A stretch of 64,000 nucleotides of DNA. Source: Arenicellales bacterium (GTDB taxonomy: Bacteria; Pseudomonadota; Gammaproteobacteria; Arenicellales; JAJDZL01). Made by a program: the position numbers and the translations under genes. The notes under the pieces were generated by a model. The model saw only the letters and a list, made by a program, of their open reading frames with translations. It was not told where the DNA came from and did no database searches. Position 1 is the stretch's first letter, and the number at the start of each line of letters is the position of its first letter. The stretch covers positions 1,496,009 to 1,560,008 of the forward strand of contig OZ243980.1 of assembly GCA_965214875.1 (NCBI GenBank), in the 5' to 3' direction. Positions 1 through 10,517 of the stretch are shown here, piece by piece.

Positions 1-851
1 GGATAGACCGGCGACCAAAACGAAGATTCGGCGGCGAGGAACTCTTCATAGATGAAATCCGCTCGATCCTGACAGCGTGATTCGGAATAGTCGTATGCGA
101 CGATTGCCGGACCGCATTGCGCGATATCCGATTGAGGGAATCCGAGCGAAATGTCTGCGTGCCCCGTATGCAAGCTGCACACTTTCGGCAAATGCCGATA
201 CAAAGAGAGGGCAGGCTCCAGCTCTGTGCATTGGGTATGCAACGGCATGATGAAAGGAAGCTTGCGAAATGCGCAGTTCGGCTTTTCATTGGCAACAATC
301 ATTTGAGACAGCATTTCGCCTGTTCGGTAGCCTGTAGCCGCCATGTCAAGATGGGGGTAGGTACGGAAGATGGCAATGATGTCGGAAAGATCCGACATCT
401 CCTTCGTTACGTTTGCGTGAAGATCAAGACTGACAGCGATCGGCATATCGAAGCCCACGCGGTCGCGAATCCGCCGCAGCAGTTCGCCTTCGCCGTCTTC
501 GAACGATTCGCAAACCATGGCGCCATGCAGATCGAGATAGATTCCGTCAATCCGGCCCGCTTTTTCAAATCCGGTCATGATTTTCTCTGCAATCTTGTCG
601 AATGCGTCGTCTTGAACCAGCCCGGCCGGCTCCGCGCTCGCCCATAGTACGGGCAGAACGTCAATGCCTTTTCGCTTTGCCAGGTTCAAAAAGCCGCCGA
701 TCGGGATGTTTGCAACCTGAAAGGTTTCGAAAATGCTTTTCCCTTCGGTCAATCCTGGCCAGCCGTCTTGACGCACGAAGTCGTCATAGGAGGTCAAAAT
801 TGGTGCGAACCTGTTCGTTTCGTGTTGAAAGCCTGCAATCGCTATTCGCAA
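1..851 (-). CDS. M81-family metallopeptidase / MlrC-like protein (N-terminal ~283 aa; 3' end outside the window)
   Basis: Not in the ORF track because it has no stop in the window. My translation of the minus strand from TTG at 851 gives (M)RIAIAGFQHETNRFAPILTSYDDFVRQDGWPGL...IDGIYLDLHGAMVCESFEDGEGELLRRIR...SLDLHANV. The IAIAGFxHETN N-terminus and the LDLHGAM/DLHAN blocks are typical of MlrC/DUF1485 proteins. The + strand ORFs 117..647 and 602..904 are its antisense shadows. Confidence 0.7.
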   Translation of the reverse strand, partial: MRIAIAGFQHETNRFAPILTSYDDFVRQDGWPGLTEGKSIFETFQVANIPIGGFLNLAKRKGIDVLPVLWASAEPAGLVQDDAFDKIAEKIMTGFEKAGRIDGIYLDLHGAMVCESFEDGEGELLRRIRDRVGFDMPIAVSLDLHANVTKEMSDLSDIIAIFRTYPHLDMAATGYRTGEMLSQMIVANEKPNCAFRKLPFIMPLHTQCTELEPALSLYRHLPKVCSLHTGHADISLGFPQSDIAQCGPAIVAYDYSESRCQDRADFIYEEFLAAESSFWSPVY

Positions 852-955
852 AACTTTGCCTCTGTATGTATTTTATAGGGCTTCGGCCGATGCCTTGTTG
901 CTGACCATATCGAATATCGCATCGTCCTGCATTAATTCATTCATGTTCCAGCGCA

Positions 956-1150
956 TCACTTCTTCTGATCGCATTGGCTATCGGACGAAATCGGTCTGGC
1001 GCTGTCGGGGCTGTCTTCGTCCATCAGGATCCGATGGGCTTCGGTTTCAAGGTCGTCGTATTGATCCCGATTGACAGACCAAAGGAAAAAGCCCGCGATT
1101 ACAACTGCCCCGAGAATCGTTATGGGGACCAAAATGTAGAGAACTTCCAT
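956..1150 (-). CDS. ccoS: cbb3-type cytochrome oxidase maturation protein CcoS/FixS
   Basis: 64-aa single-TM protein MEVLYILVPITILGAVVIAGFFLWSVNRDQYDDLE..RILMDED. It lies directly downstream of the CcoI ATPase (9-nt gap). Size and motif match the FixS/CcoS family. Confidence 0.8.
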   Translation of the reverse strand: MEVLYILVPITILGAVVIAGFFLWSVNRDQYDDLETEAHRILMDEDSPDSARPISSDSQCDQKK

Positions 1151-1158
1151 GGCGACAA

Positions 1159-3567
1159 CTATGCGGCTTGCGCCTTATAGGACATGATTCGAAGGGAGTT
1201 CAGCACGACGATCAGCGAGCTCGCCGACATGCCGATCGCTGCCGCGACCGGCGGCACCAGACCAGCTGCTGCAAACGAGATGCCGATCAAGTTGTAGGCG
1301 ATTGCCCAGATCGTGCCGTGCCTCATTACTGCGGCGCTGAATGCCGCGATTTGCAACGCGGTAGGCAGCAGGCTCAATCTGTCATCAAGGAACAGCACAT
1401 CCGCGTGCGCTTTTGCGATGTGCTGTGCATTCGAGGGCGCAATCGAAACATTTGCGGCTGCCAGTGTTGGCGCGTCATTGATGCCGTCGCCAACCATGGC
1501 GACGCACTGTCCATTTCTTTGATGTTCGCGAATGATCTTTAGTTTATCCTCTGGCGCGCATTTTGAATGAACTTCTTGAATGCCAAGTTCGGACGCAATG
1601 CGCTTTGCCTCCGACTCTCGGTCGCCGGTGACGAGCGCGGTTCGCTTTTGCAGCCGGTCGATGCGCTCGATGGTCTGCTTTGCATCCTTTCTCAGCGAGT
1701 TGGCGAAATAAAATCGGGCAATCGGTTTCAACTGGTCGCTTAAGTAGGCGACAAGCCCAGGGTGCTTTTGCATAGCAACTTGCGACATGTCGACATGGTG
1801 CTTGCGCATAAGATCTGCCGAACCGAAAAAATATTGCGTCCCAGCCACTGTCGCGCTGACCCCGCCGGGCTCGAGTTCGACATTGGTTGTATCGAGATGG
1901 CATTCGGATGAACGTTCGCTACGCAAGGCTATGGCGATGGGATGATCGGTGAACTGAGCGAGTGTGCGAGCGATTTGCGCGGCTTCATGCTGATTGCCCG
2001 GATCAAGCATTTCGATCCGGTCGAGATGGGCGACGGCCTGGGTCAAAGTCCCGGTTTTGTCGAAAACAAATGTGTCCGCTTTTGCGAGCGAATCGACCGC
2101 GCCGGGGCGCGCTAGTAGGATTCCATGCTTGGCCGATGCATTGACCGCCGCCGTCAGTGCAGTCGGGACTGCAAGAGAAAGCGCGCAAGGGCAAGCGACT
2201 ACTAGCACTGAAATTGTATGAGCCAGCCACTGTGGGTTGCCGGCCCATAGCCAGAAGCTGCCGACGCACGTTGCAATAAGTACGACGGTTATCGAAAAAT
2301 GGCGCGCGATCAGATCGGTCAATCTTCTGCTGGCAGGTTTTTCGGCTATCGACTGTTCGAGCAGAGTGATGATTGATGCCAAGGCGGATTCGGAACTTCG
2401 GGCAGTGACTTTTGCGACGACTGCATCGGTGACATTGATAGAGCCTCCGCAGATTGAATCGCCTTTGCCGCAACGAACCTGGCTAGATTCTCCGGTGATG
2501 ACGGATTGATCGATTCCGGTTTGCCCTGAGACGATTTCGCAGTCGCTTGGTGCGGTCTCGCCGGGTTTGATCAGGATGTGGTCGCCAACATTCAGGCGAA
2601 TGGCCGGGATGACTCTGGAAGAGTGCGCCTCATCTGCGCTTTCAAGGAGATTTGCGTAGCTTGGCGCAGTTGCGGCTAGAGTTGCGATCTGGTCGTTCAT
2701 GCGCCGAAAAGCACCTTGTTCAAAAAATCTTGCGACCAGTTGCAAGAAAACGAACATCGCAATGCTGTCAAAATATATTTCGCCTGTGCCGGAAAGCGTT
2801 GCGTAGGCGCTCGCCATAAAGGCGATCAGTAATCCCAGTGCGATAGGAATGTCCATGGTCGCTGAACGATGCCTGATGTCTCGAATGGCTCCGGAAAAGA
2901 TGGGTGCTGCGCAAAACAGCATGATCGGCAACACCAGCAGCAAGCTTAAACGGCGAAACAATTCCTCATATTGGCTTGCGATCGAGCTCCAGTCGCTTGC
3001 ATATAGGGCTACCGCCAAGACCATTATCTGCATCCCGAAGACTCCCGCGACCCCGAGACGCTTTAAAAGATCTTGGTGCTGCGCTCGGATGGTTTGGGCA
3101 AAGGTGCTTGGGCTATAGGGTAGCATGCCGTAGCCGAGTTCCTCGACGCAGCGGGCCAACTCGGAAGCACTAACTTGACCCCGCCTCCAGCGTAGCGACA
3201 GCTTCTGGTTGCGATAGTTTACTTTGGCCTCGACGACTCCCGGATAACTGTGCAGCCTTTGTTCGATTAGCCACACGCAAGTTGGGCAATGCATGTTTTG
3301 CACGATGAAGCTCATGTTGACCGAGTCGTCTTCGGTTGCTCGCGCATATTGGCTTTGGATGGCTTCGTCATCCAGAATGTCAATAAAAGCGTTGCCGGGC
3401 AGCGTTCTTGATTCATTGATCGGGCGCGGTCTAGCGGTTCTTCTTTTGTAATAGGCTTGAAGTCCGCTCTCGTGAATAATGGCGGCGGCCGTGGCGCAGC
3501 CGGTGCAGCACATGGATTCTTGCCGTCCATCGATTTGTGGCGGTTTTCTCAAAGCTGTTGCCACCAC
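1159..3567 (-). CDS. ccoI: Heavy-metal (copper) translocating P1B-type ATPase, CcoI/FixI type
   Basis: 802 aa with an HMA domain (MHCPTCVWLIEQ), CPC metal site (VVACPCALSLAVP), DKTGTLT phosphorylation site and GDGINDAP hinge. It is followed by ccoS. The N-terminus retains the CCxGC...GLxxYY box, but the usual upstream CxHC box is missing (see findings). Confidence 0.85.
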   Translation of the reverse strand: MVATALRKPPQIDGRQESMCCTGCATAAAIIHESGLQAYYKRRTARPRPINESRTLPGNAFIDILDDEAIQSQYARATEDDSVNMSFIVQNMHCPTCVWLIEQRLHSYPGVVEAKVNYRNQKLSLRWRRGQVSASELARCVEELGYGMLPYSPSTFAQTIRAQHQDLLKRLGVAGVFGMQIMVLAVALYASDWSSIASQYEELFRRLSLLLVLPIMLFCAAPIFSGAIRDIRHRSATMDIPIALGLLIAFMASAYATLSGTGEIYFDSIAMFVFLQLVARFFEQGAFRRMNDQIATLAATAPSYANLLESADEAHSSRVIPAIRLNVGDHILIKPGETAPSDCEIVSGQTGIDQSVITGESSQVRCGKGDSICGGSINVTDAVVAKVTARSSESALASIITLLEQSIAEKPASRRLTDLIARHFSITVVLIATCVGSFWLWAGNPQWLAHTISVLVVACPCALSLAVPTALTAAVNASAKHGILLARPGAVDSLAKADTFVFDKTGTLTQAVAHLDRIEMLDPGNQHEAAQIARTLAQFTDHPIAIALRSERSSECHLDTTNVELEPGGVSATVAGTQYFFGSADLMRKHHVDMSQVAMQKHPGLVAYLSDQLKPIARFYFANSLRKDAKQTIERIDRLQKRTALVTGDRESEAKRIASELGIQEVHSKCAPEDKLKIIREHQRNGQCVAMVGDGINDAPTLAAANVSIAPSNAQHIAKAHADVLFLDDRLSLLPTALQIAAFSAAVMRHGTIWAIAYNLIGISFAAAGLVPPVAAAIGMSASSLIVVLNSLRIMSYKAQAA

Positions 3568-3887
3568 GCCTGCCGTGGCAGGCGTTTTTTGGCGGAATGC
3601 TTTGGGGGTGGATTCCCTGCGGCCTGGTGTATTCTACTCTGGTGCTGGCTACGACCACAGCTAGCCCGGCTAGTGGCGGGCTTGTGATGCTCGCCTTTGG
3701 CATTGGAACACTGCCGATGGTGATTTCAATGGGTGTTGTCGCTGACCGGATTGGACGGTTGGCCCGATTTCGCTGGGTTTTCGGGAGTTTTGTTGCGACG
3801 GTGGGGATTTTGATCACGATCGGGGTCATTCCGTTGCACCCTGAGTCGCATGATCATTCACGCCATCATGCCCATACGGCTATGTAG
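3537..3887 (+). pseudogene. DsbD_2 / TauE-SafE-like membrane protein, C-terminal half only
   Basis: The 116-aa ORF contains GGMLWGWIPCGLVYSTLVLA...AFGIGTLPMV, typical of the second half of ~230-aa TauE/DsbD_2 proteins that often accompany ccoGHIS. Its first 31 nt overlap the ccoI start on the other strand, so the N-terminal half has no room. Confidence 0.45.
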
Positions 3888-3941
3888 ATGGACAATATGG
3901 CTTGCGTAAAGCGGCTAAATACGATAGATATGGGTGTAAAA

Positions 3942-4018
3942 TGGCGCACCCAAGAGGATTCGAACCTCTGACCTCTAGCTCCGGAGGCTAGCGCTCTATC
4001 CAGCTGAGCTATGGGCGC
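3942..4018 (-). tRNA. tRNA-Arg (anticodon CCG)
   Basis: Reverse complement gcgcccatagctcagctggatagagcgctagcctCCGgagctagaggtcagaggttcgaatcctcttgggtgcgcca. It folds as a cloverleaf with a 7-bp acceptor, TTCGAAT T-loop, encoded CCA and anticodon loop ctCCGga. Confidence 0.9.
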
Positions 4019-4115
4019 TTCGCTTAGGTTGAGCTAAAGTATAACAGCGCAATTCGGATTCGGCGGCTTTGTTGTACGGTCAATACGAGCAATTGTCAAA
4101 TCGAAGGGGCAACAA

Positions 4116-4508
4116 ATGTCTGAGCAAATGCGACGCCTGATATCGTCAGGCTCTCTGTATGAAGATAGAGTCGGGTATTCCAGAGCGGTGAGAGACGGCA
4201 AATGGGTGTTCGTTTCCGGAACAACTGGATTTGACTACGAGACAATGAAAATATCGGATAGCGTCATCGAACAATGCCGCCAGACATTGTCAAATATTGA
4301 TTTGGCGCTGCGTGAAGCCGGCAGCTCTTTTGATGACGTGGTGCGCGTCACCTATATTTTTCCAGATCCTGATGACTTCGAAAAATGCTGGTCCTTGTTG
4401 AAGGCGCGCTTTGACAATGTGCGGCCGGCATCGACAATGTATAGCGCAAGGCTTGCCGATTCGAGGATGAAAGTGGAAATCGAGGTGACCGCGCTAGACC
4501 GTGCGTAG
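4116..4508 (+). CDS. RidA/YjgF/UK114-family (Rid) protein
   Basis: 130 aa with ...GKWVFVSGTTGFDYETM...VVRVTYIF...KVEIEVTA, the size and block pattern of the RidA family. Confidence 0.75.
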   Translation: MSEQMRRLISSGSLYEDRVGYSRAVRDGKWVFVSGTTGFDYETMKISDSVIEQCRQTLSNIDLALREAGSSFDDVVRVTYIFPDPDDFEKCWSLLKARFDNVRPASTMYSARLADSRMKVEIEVTALDRA

Positions 4509-4520
4509 CGGCGATACCGG

Positions 4521-5204
4521 CTAGTTTGACACGTTTTCTCGCAAAATCTTCTCTGCGAGAAATTCTACGATCTCCAACGCCCGCTCCGACGATCCTGCTA
4601 GCGCAGGCGAAGTCTGGTACTTTTCGCCCACGATCAGTGTGGGAACCCCTTGGATCTGGTAGCGTTTTGCCAGCAGGCTTGCCTGATTCAGCTTGGTATT
4701 GGTAGCAAATGACCCTAACGATGCCATGAGCATGCCTGTATCAACGCCTTCTAGCACCGATGCCCAAGCTTCGAGAGCTTGCGGCGTGACAATATTATTG
4801 TCCTGCACATGGATTTGGTCGAAGAATTTTTCTGACAGTTCCCGGTGCATGCCAAGCAGTTCAAATGCAAAATGAACTCGAGCATGAAACTCCCAGCTGC
4901 TGTTGAGCGTTGCCGGAATTGGCACGAAGTTGATTGAATCAGGCTTATCGTTTTCAATCCAGTTGATCAATGCAGGTTCAAACCTGAAACATGCTGGACA
5001 TCCGTACCAGAAAAACTCATTGACTTCCACGCGTCCATCGTGCTGAACACGCGCTTCGCCGGGAAGCACTTTATAGTCATCTCCTGCAAAGAAAAATTCA
5101 GCGTTTGCGTTGCCAATCGCGACAAGGCTCACTATGGATGCGAAAGCTGCGGTGCGCATGTGCCTGAAGCAAATCGCAAGCGAAGCTGCAGTTGAAATGT
5201 TCAT
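4521..5204 (-). CDS. dsbA: Thiol:disulfide interchange protein DsbA
   Basis: Thioredoxin-fold motif FFWYGCPACFRFEP and the C-terminal GVPTLIVGEKY block. I moved the start to ATG 5204 (MNISTAASLA... signal peptide), which overlaps the mpl stop in an ATGA arrangement. Confidence 0.8.
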   Translation of the reverse strand: MNISTAASLAICFRHMRTAAFASIVSLVAIGNANAEFFFAGDDYKVLPGEARVQHDGRVEVNEFFWYGCPACFRFEPALINWIENDKPDSINFVPIPATLNSSWEFHARVHFAFELLGMHRELSEKFFDQIHVQDNNIVTPQALEAWASVLEGVDTGMLMASLGSFATNTKLNQASLLAKRYQIQGVPTLIVGEKYQTSPALAGSSERALEIVEFLAEKILRENVSN

Positions 5205-6595
5205 TTGATCTCCGGCTGTGAAGTTTTCGGTATCGAATGGCGGTTGGCGAGATGATTCTTCAACCGTGCTTGAATATTTTCGAAACCGCCATTGCTCATG
5301 AATAAGACACAATCGCCCGAGGCAAGTTCCGTGACGAGCGAATCGACAATAGATTGCGTTGAATCAAAAACGGCAAACCTTTCGTTTGCGCAGTCCGGTT
5401 CCCATTGGACCCCAGGGCCGCGATACATGTAGATACGATCAGCGTCGTTAAAGGCTTCGGTCAGCTTGTCGCCGTGAAAGCCCATGCGCATGGTGTTGGA
5501 GCGTGGTTCGAATACGGCGATCAACCGGTTCGGACATTCGGAGCTCTTTATAGCTCGAAGCGTCGATCGTATTGCGGTCGGGTGATGCGCAAAGTCGTCA
5601 TAAATGCGTATTGAATCGATATTGCCGAGAAATTCCAGTCGCCGGCGAACCGGAATGAACGACTGGAGTGCCTCGATTGCGGTGGCTGGATCGATCTTTG
5701 CGCAGACGGCAGTGGCGATGGCCGCGAGCGCATTTTCAGCATTGTGCCGGCCGGGAATCTGCCATGTCATCTTTTGGGGGGCGTGCTCTTTAGACAGTAT
5801 TTCGAATTCCTTGTAGTCATCGCTTGGATTGGTTACCCGCCACTCGGCATCGGCTTGACCGGATATCGAAAAGTTGACTGCTTTGACCCATGGGCTCAGT
5901 TCGACAATTTTCCGAATGCGCTCATCATCGAGATTTGCGATGATTCGGCCTTTGGACGGCAATGTCCGCACGAAATATTGGAACTGCCGCTCGATGTCCT
6001 TGATAGAATCGAAGATATCGGCATGATCGAACTCCAGATTTAGACAGGTCGCAAGAAGCGGGCGGTAGTGAATGAACTTTGAGCGCTTGTCGAAGTAGGC
6101 GGTGTCGTATTCGTCGCCTTCTACGACGAACCATTCGCCGTCGCCAATTCGCGCCGAATCATTGAAGTTTTGCGGCACGCCGCCAATAAGATAGCCAGGC
6201 TTGCGTCCAGCGTATTGCATTATCCAGGCAATCATGCTCGAAGTTGTTGACTTGCCGTGGGTGCCGGCCACTGCGACAACTTTTTTGCGATGCAGAATGT
6301 TTTCATAAAGCCACTGCGGACCGGAGTTGTATTTAAGCCCGCGGTTCAGTACAGCATCGATTTCAGGGTTTGTTCGGCTGATGGTATTGCCAATCAGAAC
6401 AAGGTCAGGATTGGCATCGAGGTTTTCTGCGCGGTAGCCGTTGATGCAATCGATGCCTTGCTCCCGTAGCATATCGCTCATTGGCGGATATGAATTAAAG
6501 TCGGAGCCTGTAATCTGATGTCCTAATTCTCTAGCGAGGAGGGCGAGGTTGCCCATGAATGTCCCGCATATCCCGATGACATGAAGACGTTTCAT
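5201..6595 (-). CDS. mpl: UDP-N-acetylmuramate:L-alanyl-gamma-D-glutamyl-meso-diaminopimelate ligase
   Basis: 464 aa starting MKRLHVIGICGTFMGNLALLARELGHQITGSD, with the Mur-ligase P-loop VAVAGTHGKSTTSSM. The length and N-terminus are characteristic of Mpl. Confidence 0.9.
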   Translation of the reverse strand: MKRLHVIGICGTFMGNLALLARELGHQITGSDFNSYPPMSDMLREQGIDCINGYRAENLDANPDLVLIGNTISRTNPEIDAVLNRGLKYNSGPQWLYENILHRKKVVAVAGTHGKSTTSSMIAWIMQYAGRKPGYLIGGVPQNFNDSARIGDGEWFVVEGDEYDTAYFDKRSKFIHYRPLLATCLNLEFDHADIFDSIKDIERQFQYFVRTLPSKGRIIANLDDERIRKIVELSPWVKAVNFSISGQADAEWRVTNPSDDYKEFEILSKEHAPQKMTWQIPGRHNAENALAAIATAVCAKIDPATAIEALQSFIPVRRRLEFLGNIDSIRIYDDFAHHPTAIRSTLRAIKSSECPNRLIAVFEPRSNTMRMGFHGDKLTEAFNDADRIYMYRGPGVQWEPDCANERFAVFDSTQSIVDSLVTELASGDCVLFMSNGGFENIQARLKNHLANRHSIPKTSQPEIK

Positions 6596-7176
6596 TGACC
6601 AACTGCGATTGGAGACGGGCTGGTCAGAAGAAACAATTCAATGACGACCAAAGGCACGATCATCACAATGGCGATGGTAATGAAAAAACTGGCAAGGCGT
6701 GAAATTTCCATCGCCTCACGGAAGATCATGACTAGTAGCGACAGACTCCAGATGGCTACAGCAAAAAAGAGCAACAATGCGAACAAGAACCAGTCGGATT
6801 GCTGACTGGAATTTTGCGCCTGCGCCATGATTGTTGTCACTGCTGGCCAGCTGACGATGCTCATCAAAGTGGTGGTCCCGTAGACCGCTGATGCAGTCTG
6901 AGCCCAACGCGAGGCGCGCTTTCGGATTCGAAGCACGACCCAGATCGCAATGCCGAATGTGACAACGTAGGATACCGCTACCGTGAATGAATTGCTGATC
7001 TGATCATTGAATCCGTCTGACGATATGTTAATCACGACTGCCAAGGACGCTAGAATCGCTGCCAGTACATTGGATGCTGGCAGATCTTGCGGCTTAGCTT
7101 TGAACAGGCAAATGAGTCCAAGCACCCGCAAAACCTCTAGAGGGTTTGGTGCTGATAGCGAATTTCGTGTATTCAA
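6592..7176 (-). CDS. Hypothetical polytopic inner-membrane protein
   Basis: 194 aa with about 5 hydrophobic segments. Its stop overlaps the mpl start by 4 nt (ATGA), so it is probably co-transcribed. I recognise no family. Confidence 0.5.
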   Translation of the reverse strand: MNTRNSLSAPNPLEVLRVLGLICLFKAKPQDLPASNVLAAILASLAVVINISSDGFNDQISNSFTVAVSYVVTFGIAIWVVLRIRKRASRWAQTASAVYGTTTLMSIVSWPAVTTIMAQAQNSSQQSDWFLFALLLFFAVAIWSLSLLVMIFREAMEISRLASFFITIAIVMIVPLVVIELFLLTSPSPIAVGQ

Positions 7177-7520
7177 GACAAGGTCTTTAAGGTGATTTAA
7201 TCATGCGAATCGAGGTAGATGAACTGCATTCAATCCAGACCATATGATACAACTTGGAGATGATTCAAGTTTTCCGTTTCTAGGTCTGAATTGCCTTATG
7301 CTTTACCAAGGTTTCTTTTTCGATATGCCGGTACCGGATGCTTGCGCCTTTTTACCGGCAAATTGTGGATTCATCTCTTATCATCAAATTGCTTGCCCAC
7401 TAAGAAGGCCATCTCAGTTTGCAAACTTCCCTCACATCGCTCTTAGATGATTTTGCTTGGCATGCCGCAGATATAATATTGTCAGTTTTAGCATCCAAAC
7501 TAATGAACTCTGGAAAGAAA

Positions 7521-7988
7521 ATGCGAACAAATCTGACATTGAATGGAGACGCGGTCAGCGTAGAGACTGATGGCCCCAAGCCTCTGCTTTGGGTGTTGCG
7601 TGATGATCTTAAGCTTACAGGTACCAAGTATGGTTGCGGCGTAGCGGCTTGCGGTGCCTGCACCGTGCATGTAGGCGGTGCTCCTGTGCGCAGTTGCGTT
7701 ACATTCATCAATACGCTCGAAGGCGCTGAAGTCACCACCATCGAGGGACTGAATACCGATGCCGGGCGGGCGGCGCAGCAAGCATGGGCTGAATTGAATG
7801 TGGTTCAATGCGGATATTGCCAATCCGGACAAATCATGTCAGCTGCCGCGCTTCTTGCTAGCAACTCCAACCCGCGTGTCGAGCAGATCGACGCCTTCAT
7901 GGCTGGCAACGTTTGCCGGTGCGCCACCTATCAGAGGGTTCGGGCGGCGGTTTTGCGGGCTTCAGAACTGCTTAGGAGGATGGCATGA
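7521..7988 (+). CDS. (2Fe-2S)-binding small subunit of a molybdenum hydroxylase (IorA / aldehyde oxidoreductase type)
   Basis: [14 protein letters not shown]...[14 protein letters not shown]...[10 protein letters not shown]...CRCATY shows two [2Fe-2S] cysteine clusters. The start was moved to ATG 7521. It overlaps the large-subunit start by 4 nt. Confidence 0.85.
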   Translation: MRTNLTLNGDAVSVETDGPKPLLWVLRDDLKLTGTKYGCGVAACGACTVHVGGAPVRSCVTFINTLEGAEVTTIEGLNTDAGRAAQQAWAELNVVQCGYCQSGQIMSAAALLASNSNPRVEQIDAFMAGNVCRCATYQRVRAAVLRASELLRRMA

Positions 7989-10171
7989 TGACCGCTGAAT
8001 TTTCTCGACGCGACTTTCTCAAAGCAACTTCAGCAGCCGCTGCAGGCGCCTTGATAGTCGGATTTTCACCGCGCGGCGTGCTTGCTTCTCAACCCGTTGA
8101 AGGCGGCAACTTTACGCCTTTCATTAAAATAGATAGCGATGGTGCCGTGACCGCAATCATCAAGCACTTCGAAATGGGGCAGGGAACCACCACCGGACTC
8201 GCCACCCTGATTGCGGAAGAGCTGGGTGTCAACATCGATGAAGTGGCGGTGGAATTTGCGCCATCAGATGCCGCTCGCTATGCCAATTCGTTTTTCGGCA
8301 TACAAGGCACAGGTGGATCGACAGCCATAGCGAATTCGTTCATGCAATATCGGCAGGCAGGCGCGGCCGCGCGACAGATGCTGATCAATGCTGCTGCGCT
8401 CAACTGGAATACTGACCCTGCGATTCTATCCATATCCGATGGCATGGTGGTTGGAAATGGCCGGAGCGCACCGATATCGCAGTTTGTCCCTGAAGCTGCC
8501 AGCATGGCGGTGCCCGAACAGCCGAGGCTCAAGGATCTGTCAGAATTTAAACTGATCGGCAATCCGTCCGTCGCTCGTCGAGATAACGAGCCAAAGATCA
8601 CCGGTACTGCTAAATTTGCGACGGATGTCCAATTAGATGGACAAATTGTCGCAGTGATCAAGCGTAGTCCGCGTTTCGGCGGCAAAATGGCGTCTATGGA
8701 TTCATCGGCGGCATCCGCTGTGCCCGGGTTCATCAACGCCGTGGCAATGCCCACGGGCGCCGGGATCGTCGTTTACGCTAAGGACACGTGGTCGGCGTTT
8801 CGCTCACGCGATGCTGTTGCAGTGGAATGGGATTTCAGCGCAGCGGAAAAGCGCAGTCAAAATGCGATCAACGCTGACATGCTCAAAGCGGTTCGTGAAG
8901 CGCCGGAGTTTGTTGCTAGTGCTGGCGCGGACTTGGCAAAAACGAATCGACTTCTCGAAGGTGCGAGCCAAATCATCGAGGCCGAGTTTGTGCTGCCCTA
9001 CCTGAGTCATGCTCCCATGGAGCCGCTGACCTGCACGATTGAGCCTGTGGCAGACGGTGTTGTTTTGCATGACGGATGCCAGATGCCTACAATTTCTCAA
9101 CAGGCGGTTGCCGCGGTATTGGAACTTCCGCCTGAAAAAGTTGGTGTCAACACGCTCTATGCGGGCGGTTCGTTCGGGCGGCGCGCAACCGCAGCCGCAG
9201 ACTACGGTGTCGAAGCCGCTATCGCGTTTGCATTGACTGATCGCGACCGCCCTGTCAAGCTTGCATGGTCTCGCGAAGATGATATTACCGGCGGCTATTA
9301 CCGGCCAGCCGCCGCCCATCGGGTCCGTGCCGGAATTGATGATTCAGGAAAAATCGTCGCATGGGACCACCGGATTGCGAGTCAGTCGATCATCAAGGGC
9401 ACTCCGTTCGAAGCTGTTTTGGTGAAAGACGGCGTGGATGGGAGCAGCGTGGAGGGTGTGCACGACACGCCGTATGAGATTCCTGGCCTGTTTGTCGGTT
9501 TGACTGACATGCAATCGCCGGTTACGGTACTTTGGTGGCGTTCAGTCGGGCACAGCCATACGGCATTCGTGATGGAGTCCATGATGGATATGGCGGCGAA
9601 GGCCGCTGGCCGCGACCCGGTTGCCTTTCGCCTGGATTATCTGTCAGGCGATACGCCTGATCAGCGACGCTTGGCTGGCGTGTTGAAGTTGGCGGCGCAG
9701 GAATCAGGTTGGGATAGCCCGGTGCGGCAAGGTCGTTCGCGCGGCGTGGCGGTTCACAAGTCTTTCAATTCGTACGTTGCTGAGGTCGTAGAAGTTTATC
9801 GGAATGATTCAGGCCATGTTAAGGTAGAGAGAGTCACTTGCGCGGTCGATTGCGGCATTGCGGTCAATCCTGACATAATCAAGGCGCAGATGGAAGGCGG
9901 CATCGGCTATGGGCTTGGTCATGTCATGCGCAACGAGGTGACTTTTGACGAAGGTCGCGTCGTGCAGCAGAACTTTCCGAACTATTCTCCGTTGCGCATT
10001 GCTGACATCGGGCGGATTGACGTGCATATTGTGCCCTCTACGGAAGCGCCGACTGGTGTTGGCGAGCCGGGATTGCCGCCCGCGGGGCCAGCGCTCGCAA
10101 ATGCCATTGCGGTTGAAGGGCCGCGTGTCACCAATTTGCCCATGACGCAGAACGGCATCCGGTTTGCTTGA
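7985..10171 (+). CDS. Molybdopterin-binding large subunit of a xanthine dehydrogenase-family oxidoreductase (IorB type), Tat-exported
   Basis: 728 aa with a twin-arginine signal [19 protein letters not shown] and Ald_Xan_dh_C2-like blocks ([32 protein letters not shown]). Confidence 0.85.
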   Translation: MMTAEFSRRDFLKATSAAAAGALIVGFSPRGVLASQPVEGGNFTPFIKIDSDGAVTAIIKHFEMGQGTTTGLATLIAEELGVNIDEVAVEFAPSDAARYANSFFGIQGTGGSTAIANSFMQYRQAGAAARQMLINAAALNWNTDPAILSISDGMVVGNGRSAPISQFVPEAASMAVPEQPRLKDLSEFKLIGNPSVARRDNEPKITGTAKFATDVQLDGQIVAVIKRSPRFGGKMASMDSSAASAVPGFINAVAMPTGAGIVVYAKDTWSAFRSRDAVAVEWDFSAAEKRSQNAINADMLKAVREAPEFVASAGADLAKTNRLLEGASQIIEAEFVLPYLSHAPMEPLTCTIEPVADGVVLHDGCQMPTISQQAVAAVLELPPEKVGVNTLYAGGSFGRRATAAADYGVEAAIAFALTDRDRPVKLAWSREDDITGGYYRPAAAHRVRAGIDDSGKIVAWDHRIASQSIIKGTPFEAVLVKDGVDGSSVEGVHDTPYEIPGLFVGLTDMQSPVTVLWWRSVGHSHTAFVMESMMDMAAKAAGRDPVAFRLDYLSGDTPDQRRLAGVLKLAAQESGWDSPVRQGRSRGVAVHKSFNSYVAEVVEVYRNDSGHVKVERVTCAVDCGIAVNPDIIKAQMEGGIGYGLGHVMRNEVTFDEGRVVQQNFPNYSPLRIADIGRIDVHIVPSTEAPTGVGEPGLPPAGPALANAIAVEGPRVTNLPMTQNGIRFA

Positions 10172-10259
10172 AGCCGCCTGTCGTCGATCAACATTGATGA
10201 TGCGGCAATTGGATTCGGCTAGATGTGAAAATACTGCACATACAGGGCGGGAGCAACGC

Positions 10260-10517
10260 ATGCCTCCATTTAGCTTTAACAACCACGAAATTGAAGGAAT
10301 AACCGAAGCGGAAGGTCGGCGTATGTTGCAACTGCTGAATGAAGCGAATCCCCAAGTGGGCGACATTAGGATTGCCGAAGACTTTGTCGCGTTGATCAAT
10401 CGATGCATAGACGTTCTCATACATGAAGGGGGGCCTGAGGCGCATGCAGGGCCATGCGCCTTATTAGCCACGCAGTGGCGAGATTCAATTGGCCGCATTC
10501 CACGCGATGAAGCTTGA
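10260..10517 (+). CDS. Hypothetical small protein (85 aa)
   Basis: ATG 10260 is preceded by GGGAG. The product begins MPPFSFNNHEIEGITEAEGRRMLQLLNEANPQ... and has no recognisable family. Coding status is uncertain. Confidence 0.3.
   Translation: MPPFSFNNHEIEGITEAEGRRMLQLLNEANPQVGDIRIAEDFVALINRCIDVLIHEGGPEAHAGPCALLATQWRDSIGRIPRDEA

Noticed and set aside
117-904. + strand ORFs 117..647 and 602..904
   Set aside because: They lie antisense to a clear MlrC-like coding frame on the minus strand. Their products have no recognisable features.
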